Virus record (IMG/VR): IMGVR_UViG_3300012157_000002 | Span: 1 to 55,658 of that record | DNA from: a virus | Lineage: Duplodnaviria > Caudoviricetes | Direction: 5' to 3' (one strand) | Length of the DNA stretch: 55,658 nucleotides | Shown here: positions 8,437 to 17,249 of the stretch, in pieces | How the letters are laid out: each line of letters starts with the position of its first letter | Numbering within the stretch: the stretch's first letter is position 1 | Translations under genes and position numbers: made by a program | Notes under the pieces: model-generated | Databases searched by the model: none | What the model was told of the DNA's origin: nothing | What the model saw: only the letters and a program-made list of their open reading frames with translations

Positions 8437-9012
8437 TCATTTGATGCCTAACATTTGGAGTGGCAGCCGAACACGTTCTTCGTCCGCCTTCTGCTTGGCG
8501 TGCTCGACCATGAAGTCATACGCCAGCTTTTGCCAGCGGGCGTCTTCCAGGGCGTGGTGAATCTTGGGATCGTAGGGCAGTGTCGGATTGCCAACGGACG
8601 CCGCGAATTGCTTGATATCGCGGCACCACTTGGGGAAGTGTGGCGGGATGTCAATCAGCCGGCCCCAGAGTTGGTATAGGGCCACCCAGTCAGTCGCGGC
8701 GTAGTAGCCCCAGAACTCCACCGGACACCACGAGGGAACGTGCTTGGGCTGGAAGAGCACGAAGTCCCGGACCTGATCCCGGATGTCGGTGCGAGGGATG
8801 GCGATCGAGCGGTCGATCTGCGGCATTACGTTGTCTCGCAGCCAAGCCGTCCGCTCCCGATCGTGCTGGGTCACGCCACCCCAGATGCGATCCCAGTTGC
8901 AGTCGGCGTTGACGGCGTAGAACTCGCGGCCGTCCTCGGCGACGATGCCGATCGAGATCAGGTCGATCGTGTGGCCGTCTTCGTGGAACTCGCAGTCGAG
9001 GAAGTATTTCAT
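8437..9012 (-). CDS. 3'-5' exoribonuclease, RNase AS (Rv2179c)-like DEDDh
   Basis: FLDCEFHEDGHTIDLISIGIV, W.YYAATDWV, HHALEDA. Confidence 0.85.
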   Translation of the reverse strand: MKYFLDCEFHEDGHTIDLISIGIVAEDGREFYAVNADCNWDRIWGGVTQHDRERTAWLRDNVMPQIDRSIAIPRTDIRDQVRDFVLFQPKHVPSWCPVEFWGYYAATDWVALYQLWGRLIDIPPHFPKWCRDIKQFAASVGNPTLPYDPKIHHALEDARWQKLAYDFMVEHAKQKADEERVRLPLQMLGIK

Positions 9013-9118
9013 TTCTCACTTTCGTGCAAGAACCAAGCAAATGCCATCAATAGTGCGCCCACCAGGACGCCAAAGAAGAAAGGCAAATCACAAACTCCAA
9101 AGTTGTTCGATCAAGGTG

Positions 9119-9544
9119 TTAGATCAGTCCGCAACGCAGAACAGTTACCATGTCGTTCGTGTTAGCCGCCCGGAACTCGAACACATTCACCACGACATTT
9201 TTGTAGTGGTATGTGGCTCCGCGATCTTTGTCGGAGTCACCCCAACGCTCGAATCGACCCGACTTGAACTGAAAGGACCAGTTCTGACGCTCGAACCTGT
9301 AAAGCTCGAACAGTTTATCAGCGAGATGGACGACGGCTTCGTCCATAACGAATCGGCGTATGTCATCAGCGGCGTACATCTCCAAGTCCCCTGCATCCTG
9401 TCTAACAGGACGCTCAAACTTAGCGCCACGCTTCACAAGCTCACGATGGAGCATGAAGGCCGGGTTGCTCGGGTCGGCCAGGGCGGGCAGAGTCAGAGCG
9501 CCGACGCCGGCAGCGGTGCCGGCCAGGAAGAGTCTTCTATTCAT
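9119..9544 (-). CDS. protein with a twin-arginine (Tat)-like signal peptide
   Basis: MNRRLFLAG + hydrophobic stretch + ALA. Confidence 0.6.
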   Translation of the reverse strand: MNRRLFLAGTAAGVGALTLPALADPSNPAFMLHRELVKRGAKFERPVRQDAGDLEMYAADDIRRFVMDEAVVHLADKLFELYRFERQNWSFQFKSGRFERWGDSDKDRGATYHYKNVVVNVFEFRAANTNDMVTVLRCGLI

Positions 9545-9910
9545 TTTGGTTCCGCGATTGGTTGAATTAGACGACTCAGTTCCTCGTGCTCATTTGGCCC
9601 GAGTGAATATGAATCGAGGATTCCCTTCACACCCTCGATCAGCTTCGTGACTTGCCCGGCGTCCATCGTGGCGTGCAGCTTGTACCCGAGTGGACGCACG
9701 GCCGTGATGATCGCATCGCGTAGCTGTCGGTCGGTGACTTCCGTGTCGTCGATCTGTTCGAGGTACGCGAAGATCATTCGTCGATCCCTTTCTTGAATTC
9801 TTTGATGCTGGTCCCGAGGGATCGCAGCACGCCGGGCAGCCGATTGCCGAACAGCAGGAGCGCGACCCCGAGGCCGATAAGCAGTTCCCAATGTCCGATT
9901 CCAAACATCA

Positions 9911-10141
9911 CTAACTCTCGAAGGGGTACTCGGTCTGAGGAAGCTGGGGCTGCAACGGGCCGCCGAACGTCAGTTGCCGGAGCCAGAGCTTACCGGTGAA
10001 GAGCAGCGTCAGCCTCTCGCGAAGCGTCAGCTTCCAGCACGAGATCATCTGCTGACCGTCATTGAAGACGGGCAGGGGTTGATACTCGGGCTGATCCTTC
10101 GCCAGAACTATCGTGTGCTCGGGGAACTCGATGGGCGTCAT
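9911..10141 (-). CDS. conserved phage hypothetical protein
   Basis: MTPIEFPE...AKDQPEYQPLP...SCWKLT..ERL; ATGA overlap. Confidence 0.65.
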   Translation of the reverse strand: MTPIEFPEHTIVLAKDQPEYQPLPVFNDGQQMISCWKLTLRERLTLLFTGKLWLRQLTFGGPLQPQLPQTEYPFES

Positions 10142-10664
10142 TTGTCCCAGGTCAGGGTTAGTTGAGCGACCAGCAAGGAAATCAGAACAGTCTTTCCACC
10201 CACCTGGATGCCCACCTTCCAATTCCATCCGCCGCCGAAGCGGCCCATGAGACCGTCCGATCGGCGTTGTGAGTAACGGATCGACAATCGGCCGATCTTC
10301 CGTTGCCAGTCAAACGCACAGGTTGAAAACCAAGACTTCATTTGAGTTCGATCCCCAGCAAGTCGCGAAGCTCGGCGGCAAGCTGAGCCTCACCGTCGCG
10401 GATGCCACCGTAGTAGGCGTCATCCATGTTCCCTGCGAAGGCTTCGTATGGGTTCCACTCGTCGCTGTGCTCGACCGGATCGTAGGACCGGAGCTTGTCC
10501 ACCATCGCGTGCTGGTGCGGGACGCCCGACTCCGTGAAGAAGTCGGCGATCATACCTGTGATGGCGTCCTTATCCGGTGGATCACCGAGTGTTTCTGCGG
10601 CGACACGATCTCCCAGGTAGCAGCCGAGTTGTTCAATCAGTTGTTGGTCCATGTGTTCTCCAAG

Positions 10665-10739
10665 GGTGTCCGGTAGGAATCGAACCTACGACCTTCCGCC
10701 ACACAGGCGGGCGCTGACGCCACTTCAGCTTCGGGCACC
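10665..10739 (-). tRNA. tRNA-His(GTG) with G-1; atypical A8 and U37
   Basis: G-GUGCCCG/CGGACAC-C, D stem GCUG/CAGC, loop CUGUGUG, T arm GUAGG-UUCGAUU-CCUAC. Confidence 0.8.
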
Positions 10740-11232
10740 ATGCAGGCTATTCTTGTGGGACATCCAAGCGTCCATGTACCGCTCGATGTCGGCTTTGAAC
10801 GACTGGTTGAGCGTCCAGTTCTGCCCGCACTTCAGGACGATGGTGGGCTTACCCTCGCAGTCGGTCTTTCCGTGCGTGACCAGGGCTACCTCTTCGAGGT
10901 CGATCCACAGCGGGCCGGTTGTCGTGGTGAACTTGACGATGCGTTCCATTGGATTCCTAGCTAGGTCGGCGGCAACTGCTTCACGACTAACCGTCTCGGA
11001 TCACGAATCGGCAGGTTTTCAGCGGCGAAGTTGTCAGCGTCCATCGACCACTGCTCCCAGCCTTTCTTGTCTTCGGGAATGAAGCCCGAGGCGACCCACA
11101 GGACTGTCGCTCCCGTGTATGTCTCTGTCTCGATCTCGACGACAGCTTCCTCTTCCGTTTCCGCGTCAAGTCCATAGCGGAATTGCGTCATACGGCCGTC
11201 CGGTAGGAGCATCTCACCGTGGTAGTCACGCA

Positions 11233-12420
11233 TCAGTCTTCAGCCCTTTCACTGCCGGGAGCCATCTTGACAATTCGGGGATGAAACACAGCGGTTGGCT
11301 TCACCAGATCAGTCTGGTACGACATGACCCGATTGATGTCCTTGTAAACGCCGGGCACTTCGTCAGCGCCGCATGACAGAACCGTCACGCCCTGGGCCTT
11401 GAGCTTCTCAAGCTCGGCTGTTCGATCGAACGTCTTCTTCGCTTGAGTGCGGGACATCAGGCGGCCCGCACCGTGACTGGCCGAGCAAAGGGATTCAGGC
11501 TGCCCGAGGCCCTCTACGACGAAGGCCGGCGTGCCCATCGAGCCGGGGATGATCCCCATCGCGCCTTTGCCAGCCGGCGTGGCACCCTTGCGATGGACGA
11601 TGACTTCTCGGCCGCCGTGGGTTTCCTTCCAGGCGAAGTTGTGGTGGTTCTCGATGCTGTGCATCGGGCGGACGCCCAGCGACAGACCAATCTCACGGTG
11701 TATTACGTCGTGATTGGCCGACGCATAATCGCCCATAAGGTTCATGGCGGCCCAATACTCGTCCCCTTCCGGCGTGCCCAGGTCCAGCCACGCGAGATCA
11801 CCGAACTCCGGCCGCTTCTGCTTGGCCAGTTTGCTGTAGTGATTGCAGACGGCTGCGCCCGTACCACGAGAGCCAGAGTGCGACATCAGGGCGACGTAGG
11901 TTCCGCACTTGATGCCGTGCAAACGCAGATTGAAAGGCCCGCCGGAGATGCAATACTGGTCCTCAGTTGGCCACACTTCGATCAGGCCGAACTCAACGAA
12001 GTGGTTGCCCGACCCGCTGGTGCCAAGCTGCTTGCTGGCCTTCTCTTTGTTATCGCGTGTGACAGGCGAGACTCCCCAATCCTTCAGCATCACGTCATGT
12101 CGGTTGTCGCCCTTGTGCTGGACGCCGACGCCGAAGTAGGTGTCCCGCTCCAGGATTTCGCAGAAGCGGTTGAAGTTGGCGTCCAGGATGTCGGCGTCGA
12201 ACGGGAAGATCGACATCTTCATCCGGCAGGCGATGTCCACGCCGACCGCATACGGGCAGACGGCGTTGTCCAGGGCGAGCACGCCGCCGATCGGCAGGCC
12301 GTAGCCTAGGTGAGCGTCCGGCATCAGTGCGCCGGCGACGGCCACAGGAAGCTCCATCGCCTTAGCCATCTGGGCGTGCGACTTCTGGTCGATGTCGGTG
12401 CCCCAGGTCTTGTAGCTCAT
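11233..12420 (-). CDS. rtcB: RNA-splicing/repair ligase RtcB
   Basis: PDAHLGYGLPIGG, VGVDIAC, GSGNHF, HSGSRG, HHNFA, HRKGA, PGSMG, SHGAGR. Confidence 0.97.
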   Translation of the reverse strand: MSYKTWGTDIDQKSHAQMAKAMELPVAVAGALMPDAHLGYGLPIGGVLALDNAVCPYAVGVDIACRMKMSIFPFDADILDANFNRFCEILERDTYFGVGVQHKGDNRHDVMLKDWGVSPVTRDNKEKASKQLGTSGSGNHFVEFGLIEVWPTEDQYCISGGPFNLRLHGIKCGTYVALMSHSGSRGTGAAVCNHYSKLAKQKRPEFGDLAWLDLGTPEGDEYWAAMNLMGDYASANHDVIHREIGLSLGVRPMHSIENHHNFAWKETHGGREVIVHRKGATPAGKGAMGIIPGSMGTPAFVVEGLGQPESLCSASHGAGRLMSRTQAKKTFDRTAELEKLKAQGVTVLSCGADEVPGVYKDINRVMSYQTDLVKPTAVFHPRIVKMAPGSERAED

Positions 12421-12770
12421 TTGCGTTTCACTCCGCCAGTAAGGTTTCCACGGCCCAACACGTAACAGCACCCACGCCTAGGATGGCGACACCGTGCCAA
12501 ACCAACGTCCAGTCAATGACCCCTCGGCGGAAGAGATTTACGGTCACGACCAGGGCGAAGTAAGCAACGAACGCACCGAGGATTAACAACCAGATCGAGG
12601 CAATGGTCTTCTTCATCGGCGTTTCTGCTTGTACTTGCGTTTCTTGGTGCCGTGTTTGCCCTTGCGTTTGGCGTTCTCTTTGCGGTTCGGCGGACACCGA
12701 GAGCAGTTGAGATCGAGCCGACGCTGGCGGTCGTCGATTGTGTTGTTCGACTCTTCGGGGTCACTCTTCA

Positions 12771-13004
12771 TTAGCTCTTCGCGGCGTCCCGCTCGCGGCG
12801 GGTGGCCTCCAGGTCAAATACGAGGTACTTCAGGTCGAGCCGCAGTTGGCTGAGAGCGTCCTGCACGAGGTTCAGGACTTTTCGGCGGCGAATGGTGTTC
12901 GCGATTACCTGGGACATCAGGTGTTCCAGCTTGGTTCGATGGTCGGCCGGCAGTGCTGCCACGGCGGCGGCAAGGTCTTGAACGTCTCGGGGTAGCTCAC
13001 TCAT
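12771..13004 (-). CDS. small coiled-coil protein resembling a Planctomycete conserved family
   Basis: LVQDALSQLRLDLKYLVFDLEATRRERD; family resemblance is from recall, not verified. Confidence 0.65.
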   Translation of the reverse strand: MSELPRDVQDLAAAVAALPADHRTKLEHLMSQVIANTIRRRKVLNLVQDALSQLRLDLKYLVFDLEATRRERDAAKS

Positions 13005-13930
13005 GGTCGGCTTTGACCTCCAAATTCCAACATCTCGGGCGGATTGGGTCGGTTGCGTTTGATCTGTTGCACCCGCTCGTAATCTTCCGCCTCTTCCATG
13101 TCGCGTAGCTTACCGATGATGTCGCGGATCACGTTGGTAGGGTACATCTCGCCGCCTTTGATAACGGCCTCACGGATCGCCTGGGCCTTTAGCTCGTCGT
13201 TGTCCCGCAGCGGCCTGGGCCGCTTGTGGTGCGTCGGCAGCAGGTTGTCGTGTTCCTGGACGAACTCGTGAGCACAAGGACCGGTGTGCCCCTTCTCGCG
13301 AGTACAGCCGGCGTAATCGGTAGTCGGCGGCACAAAGCCACAGGAAGCCCCGTACTTCGGCAGCTTCGCTTGGAAGTCCGCGTAGAAAGGGAGCAGGTCG
13401 TGGCCCGGCCGGTTGCCGAGTATCGCGACGATCTCGTCCTCCGTGAACGGTCGGTACTCACCAAGTAGGTGAAGCGCATTATCTACACCGACATCGAGCG
13501 ACCGGCGACCAGGAAAGGCGGCATCCAGCGTGGCTTCTCGCTGCCGGTGGCAGTGGCCATACAGGTGGAAGCTGCCGTGATGGCTGGAGGGCCAGTAGGC
13601 GTGCGGATAGTGAGACAGGAAGACCTTGTGTCCTTGAATCTTGATCTCGGTCACGTCCTCAGCCGTCTTGAAACTCGCGCCGAACTTGTTTCGGTCGTGG
13701 TTGCCCCAGATCAGATGCACGTCTTTGCAGTGCAGCCGGGCCAGATAATTCTCGACCGAGAACCAAGACACGTCCCCGAGGATGAACAACCGGTCGCCGC
13801 GAGGCACGAACCGGTTGATCTGGGCGATCATGTGGTTGTCGTGCTCCAGGATGTTTGGGAACAAGCGGCCAGACATGGCCAGCACATTCTCGTGATCCAG
13901 GTGCAGATCGGCGGTGAAGTGGTTATTCAT
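13001..13930 (-). CDS. calcineurin-like phosphoesterase with a C-terminal extension
   Basis: ADLHLDH, LGDV, GNHD, SHYP, GHCH, DVGVD. Confidence 0.9.
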   Translation of the reverse strand: MNNHFTADLHLDHENVLAMSGRLFPNILEHDNHMIAQINRFVPRGDRLFILGDVSWFSVENYLARLHCKDVHLIWGNHDRNKFGASFKTAEDVTEIKIQGHKVFLSHYPHAYWPSSHHGSFHLYGHCHRQREATLDAAFPGRRSLDVGVDNALHLLGEYRPFTEDEIVAILGNRPGHDLLPFYADFQAKLPKYGASCGFVPPTTDYAGCTREKGHTGPCAHEFVQEHDNLLPTHHKRPRPLRDNDELKAQAIREAVIKGGEMYPTNVIRDIIGKLRDMEEAEDYERVQQIKRNRPNPPEMLEFGGQSRP

Positions 13931-14838
13931 AGAGCTTGGCAGACACAGTTGATGACGTGCTTGGCCAATGGGGGCGGCACCGCATTTCCAAGAAGATGAA
14001 CGGCGTGGGATTTAGCGTCGGGCAACTTGTACGACTTCGGGAAGCCCATCGCGCGGCTGTATTCCCCTATGGTGAGCATCCGCATCTGGTCTCCGTCAAC
14101 GACGGCCCAGCTATCCCTTGTGCGGACCGTCCCGAGAGGTCGGTCAAGAGACCGACCTGTGAGGCCGGAGCCGGAACTGTAATAGGGCATCACGAATCGA
14201 CGGCCGAATTGCCGGCGACCGTTAGCGACTCGGCTGAGTGTGGCTTCGGCACGTCCCGGCTTATTTACCGGGGACCATTTGCCGTCAGAGAAGTCGATTA
14301 TTTCGCCGGCCGACTTGGGTCTTCGGCCGCCAGCCGGTATGGTGATCTCATGTCGAGAGCCAACGATGAACAGTCGGACCCGATTCTGTGGTACGCCCGC
14401 ATCGGCGGCGTCCAGGACGTTCGTCGTCATCCGGTAGCCCAGACGACTCATGGCGTCTCGCCACGCTGGGTACAGGGACCAGTCCAGGAACTCTGGCACG
14501 TTCTCGACTATGAACGCCTTCGGTCGATGGTATTCGCAGCACGACACGACGGCCCAGGCGGTGGAGCGGGAGGCGTCGTGATGTGGGCCGTCCTTGCCTC
14601 GGGCCTTGGTGTGACCTTGGCAGCACGGGGAGGCGAGCACGATGTCGGCACGAGGAACCTGGCTCCAGTTAGCTTGGTGCAAGTCCTGGCAGGCGTGCTC
14701 AGTGTCGGGATGGTTATTCGCGTGGCAGGCGACGGCCCTCGGTGAATGGTTGGCCGCCCAACGTACACTAAGCCCCGCTTGAACCGCTCCGGTCGAGAAT
14801 CCGCCGCCACCTGCAAACAGGTCGATTGCTGTTTTCAT
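13927..14838 (-). CDS. DNA (cytosine-5) methyltransferase
   Basis: DLFAGGGG, SPCCQG, ENV, QNRVRLF, GNAV. Confidence 0.93.
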   Translation of the reverse strand: MKTAIDLFAGGGGFSTGAVQAGLSVRWAANHSPRAVACHANNHPDTEHACQDLHQANWSQVPRADIVLASPCCQGHTKARGKDGPHHDASRSTAWAVVSCCEYHRPKAFIVENVPEFLDWSLYPAWRDAMSRLGYRMTTNVLDAADAGVPQNRVRLFIVGSRHEITIPAGGRRPKSAGEIIDFSDGKWSPVNKPGRAEATLSRVANGRRQFGRRFVMPYYSSGSGLTGRSLDRPLGTVRTRDSWAVVDGDQMRMLTIGEYSRAMGFPKSYKLPDAKSHAVHLLGNAVPPPLAKHVINCVCQAL

Positions 14839-15287
14839 GCGACCTGCTTGGCCGGCTGGAGAAGCTCAGGGGTGACAAAGATGTTTCCGATAACTACCCA
14901 TTGGTCGGCTTGTTCTAGGTTAAGCGTGCCCCAGCCGCCGCCGTCCTCGAAGGCTCCCTGGGCGATGAAGGCGGCCTTCTCGTCGTCCCACTTAATCGCA
15001 CCGACGACCGTGCCGTAGTGCGCGTTGTAGTCGCGGCGGATGATGTCGCCTTCGTAGATGTCTTGTCCGGCGGTGTCCTTTCGGCCCGTCTTGCGGCGCT
15101 TGTGGACATAAGCGGCGATGATCTGTTCGGCGGCCCAGCCGTTGAACACGTCTCGGATAAGACCCTCGGCCAGGGCACCTAGGAAGATCATGGCGGCGTT
15201 GCCGTTCTTGATCTCAGCGTGCAGCCAGAAACCCTCGTTATCGCGGGACAGGACGATCGGGACTTTTACTTTCAGGACGTTGCTCAT
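14835..15287 (-). CDS. YopX-like domain protein
   Basis: TGRKD..GQDIYEGDI...VIGNI. Confidence 0.75.
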   Translation of the reverse strand: MSNVLKVKVPIVLSRDNEGFWLHAEIKNGNAAMIFLGALAEGLIRDVFNGWAAEQIIAAYVHKRRKTGRKDTAGQDIYEGDIIRRDYNAHYGTVVGAIKWDDEKAAFIAQGAFEDGGGWGTLNLEQADQWVVIGNIFVTPELLQPAKQVA

Positions 15288-15938
15288 CTAAACTCCGTGA
15301 ATTCGGTGACGGAAGCACGCATCGAATCCACGCACACAGTCAAGCTCGTAGCCCTTCGACACCAGACGATCGGTGAGCTTGTCCAGCAAGAGTTGGTCGT
15401 ACCTGAACTCCACGGTCAGGAACCGGAAGACGTAGGTGCGATCGAACTCTTGGCATTCCTGGAAGAACGTATCCAGGATCGGAAGCTCAGCGCCTTCGAC
15501 ATCCAACGTGAGGAAGTCAACGACGTGCGGACAGTTGACCGCATCGAGCAACCTGTAGAGCGTGGTCGTAGGTACTACACCGACCCGAGTTTCCCGGTGC
15601 TTGTGTTCTTCTAGCCAATCCGGCGGCATGTGCTGGACAAGGCCGCCATAAGAGTTACCAAAGAGAAATTCCTTACCTTCGCATAATTCGGAATCTACGG
15701 TCGCCCGGATCGACATGCACTGCGGGCGATTGTGGTGAAGCTGGGCGAATAGCATCGGGTCCGGTTCGACCAGGATGCCGTTCCAGCCGTAGTGTGCCTC
15801 CAGGGTCAGCGTGTTGCTGTGATGGACGCCGTTGTGCGCACCGATCTCGACGAAGTAGCCCTTGCGGCGACCGTTGGTCTTCTCGATGACCCAGCGGTCT
15901 TGCTGGGTTGCTGGGTGCGCGTAATAGCAGATCGTCAT
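15288..15938 (-). CDS. FkbM family methyltransferase
   Basis: FVEIGAHNG...SNT..LE...GWNGILVEP; DFLTLDVEGAE. Confidence 0.9.
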   Translation of the reverse strand: MTICYYAHPATQQDRWVIEKTNGRRKGYFVEIGAHNGVHHSNTLTLEAHYGWNGILVEPDPMLFAQLHHNRPQCMSIRATVDSELCEGKEFLFGNSYGGLVQHMPPDWLEEHKHRETRVGVVPTTTLYRLLDAVNCPHVVDFLTLDVEGAELPILDTFFQECQEFDRTYVFRFLTVEFRYDQLLLDKLTDRLVSKGYELDCVRGFDACFRHRIHGV

Positions 15939-16131
15939 GGAACTAGCAGAGGATCAAACGGATGGCCAGAGCCGCCGCACCAACGATGGCGAAGGCTGCC
16001 AAAGCACCCAGAGCGATGTTCACCAACGCCCGAAGAATCGGACGCTTGGGAGGACGTTCGCATCCGCTGAACACACGGGGATCATTGAGAAGGAAAGGAC
16101 TCATCGACATCGTTTCTCCAGTAGGGTTAAG

Positions 16132-16215
16132 GGTGATCGACGGGACTCGAACCCGCAGCCTCCGGCTTCACAGGCCGGCGCTCTCGTCTTGCGACACCAA
16201 TTGAGCTACGATCAC
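16132..16215 (-). tRNA. tRNA-His(GTG) with an extra hairpin in the D loop and no encoded G-1
   Basis: GUGAUCG/CGAUCAC-C, CCGGC-CUGUGAA-GCCGG, D loop contains GUC-GCAA-GAC. Confidence 0.85.
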
Positions 16216-16217
16216 AG

Positions 16218-16286
16218 TCGCACCGCTGGGACTCGAACCCAGGTATCCCTTTCGAAAAGGCGTCCTGGCCACTAGACGACGGTGCT
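16218..16286 (-). tRNA. tRNA-like gene with a Glu-type D arm and a truncated anticodon arm
   Basis: GCACCG/CGGUGC, GUCUAGUGGCCAGGAC, 13-nt arm CCUUUUCGAAAGG, CUGGG-UUCGAGU-CCCAG. Confidence 0.7.
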
Positions 16287-16638
16287 AAATCTCGACTTCC
16301 CAGACCTCTTCCTTCTCGAACTTGAGAGTGCCGATCTGGGTGCCGGCGACTATGACAGCGACGGGTGAAGACGGTGTTCCGTAATCGGGCGCGGCCGAGA
16401 TGATCTCTCGGGCCAACTTGGCGCAGTCCAGGTCATGCTGGAGACTGCCAAGCTCGGGTTCGTCCACTAGGTCGGTCATCCGGCCGATGCGCCCGTTTAG
16501 CTCACTGATCGTCATCGTCAGTGCTTCGATGACGAACGCTCGGTGTGGCGTCGTCTTTGCGAAGGCCAGCTTGTATGGCTCTCGCGGCCGGCAAGCGGGC
16601 GTAATCGTGACTCGATGGAGGTCGATGGCGTAGATCAT
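16285..16638 (-). CDS. hypothetical protein between tRNA genes
   Basis: ORF fills the gap exactly. Confidence 0.65.
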   Translation of the reverse strand: MIYAIDLHRVTITPACRPREPYKLAFAKTTPHRAFVIEALTMTISELNGRIGRMTDLVDEPELGSLQHDLDCAKLAREIISAAPDYGTPSSPVAVIVAGTQIGTLKFEKEEVWEVEI

Positions 16639-16643
16639 GTGAG

Positions 16644-16715
16644 TAGCCTCGGCGGGAATCGAACCCGCGTATCCAGATTGAAGGTCTGGTGTCCTGTCCG
16701 TTAAACGACGAGGCC
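16644..16715 (-). tRNA. tRNA-Glu(TTC) with C at position 33
   Basis: GGCCUCG/CGAGGCU-A, CCAGA-CCUUCAA-UCUGG, GCGGG-UUCGAUU-CCCGC. Confidence 0.88.
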
Positions 16716-17115
16716 GAATCAGGCAGCCGCCGGTGCGGTCCCCTGCTCGAACTCTTTGGCCGCCTTTGCAGTGGCGGCCTGTCGTTCCTCGAACGCCTTG
16801 GCGGCCAACTCGCGCATCTCAGCCATTCGCTTCTCTTCCTGAACCTCCGGCAGCCTGGGGTTATGCGGGTTGCGCTTCCGCATGACGGCCAGGTCGTTCA
16901 GTCGCCGACGATGCCGCTTCAGCAGCGACGGCAGGTAACGCTTCAGGGTCTTTCGTGAGACGGTCATTTCGTACTCCAAGTTGAACAAGCGACAGCCACT
17001 ACCTTCTGCTAAGCCCGTACAACCATGATCCGGCTGCATCGGCGTGGTTGACGTTTATTGACGCTGGGCGATCCGGCGCGGCCTTTCGGTCCCACACTAG
17101 AGGTTGTCGCTTGAG

Positions 17116-17191
17116 AGTGATCGACGGGACTCGAACCCGTGACGGACCTGGATTTATGGAGACCAGCGCTCTACCGCTGAGCTACGATCAC
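17116..17191 (-). tRNA. tRNA-like gene with an enlarged 11-nt anticodon loop (identity uncertain, CCA or CAT)
   Basis: GUGAUCG/CGAUCAC-U, GCUC-AGCGGUA-GAGC, CUGG-UCUCCAUAAAU-CCAG, ACGGG-UUCGAGU-CCCGU. Confidence 0.75.
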
Positions 17192-17249
17192 TTGATTGCT
17201 GGGCCGATGGCTTGACTCAGCGATCTTGGTCAGACGGTTATCAGCCGGC

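Noticed and set aside
17040-17112. ncRNA between the tRNA-like gene and the ORF at 17039
   Set aside because: Only short, weak hairpins with no recognisable motif.
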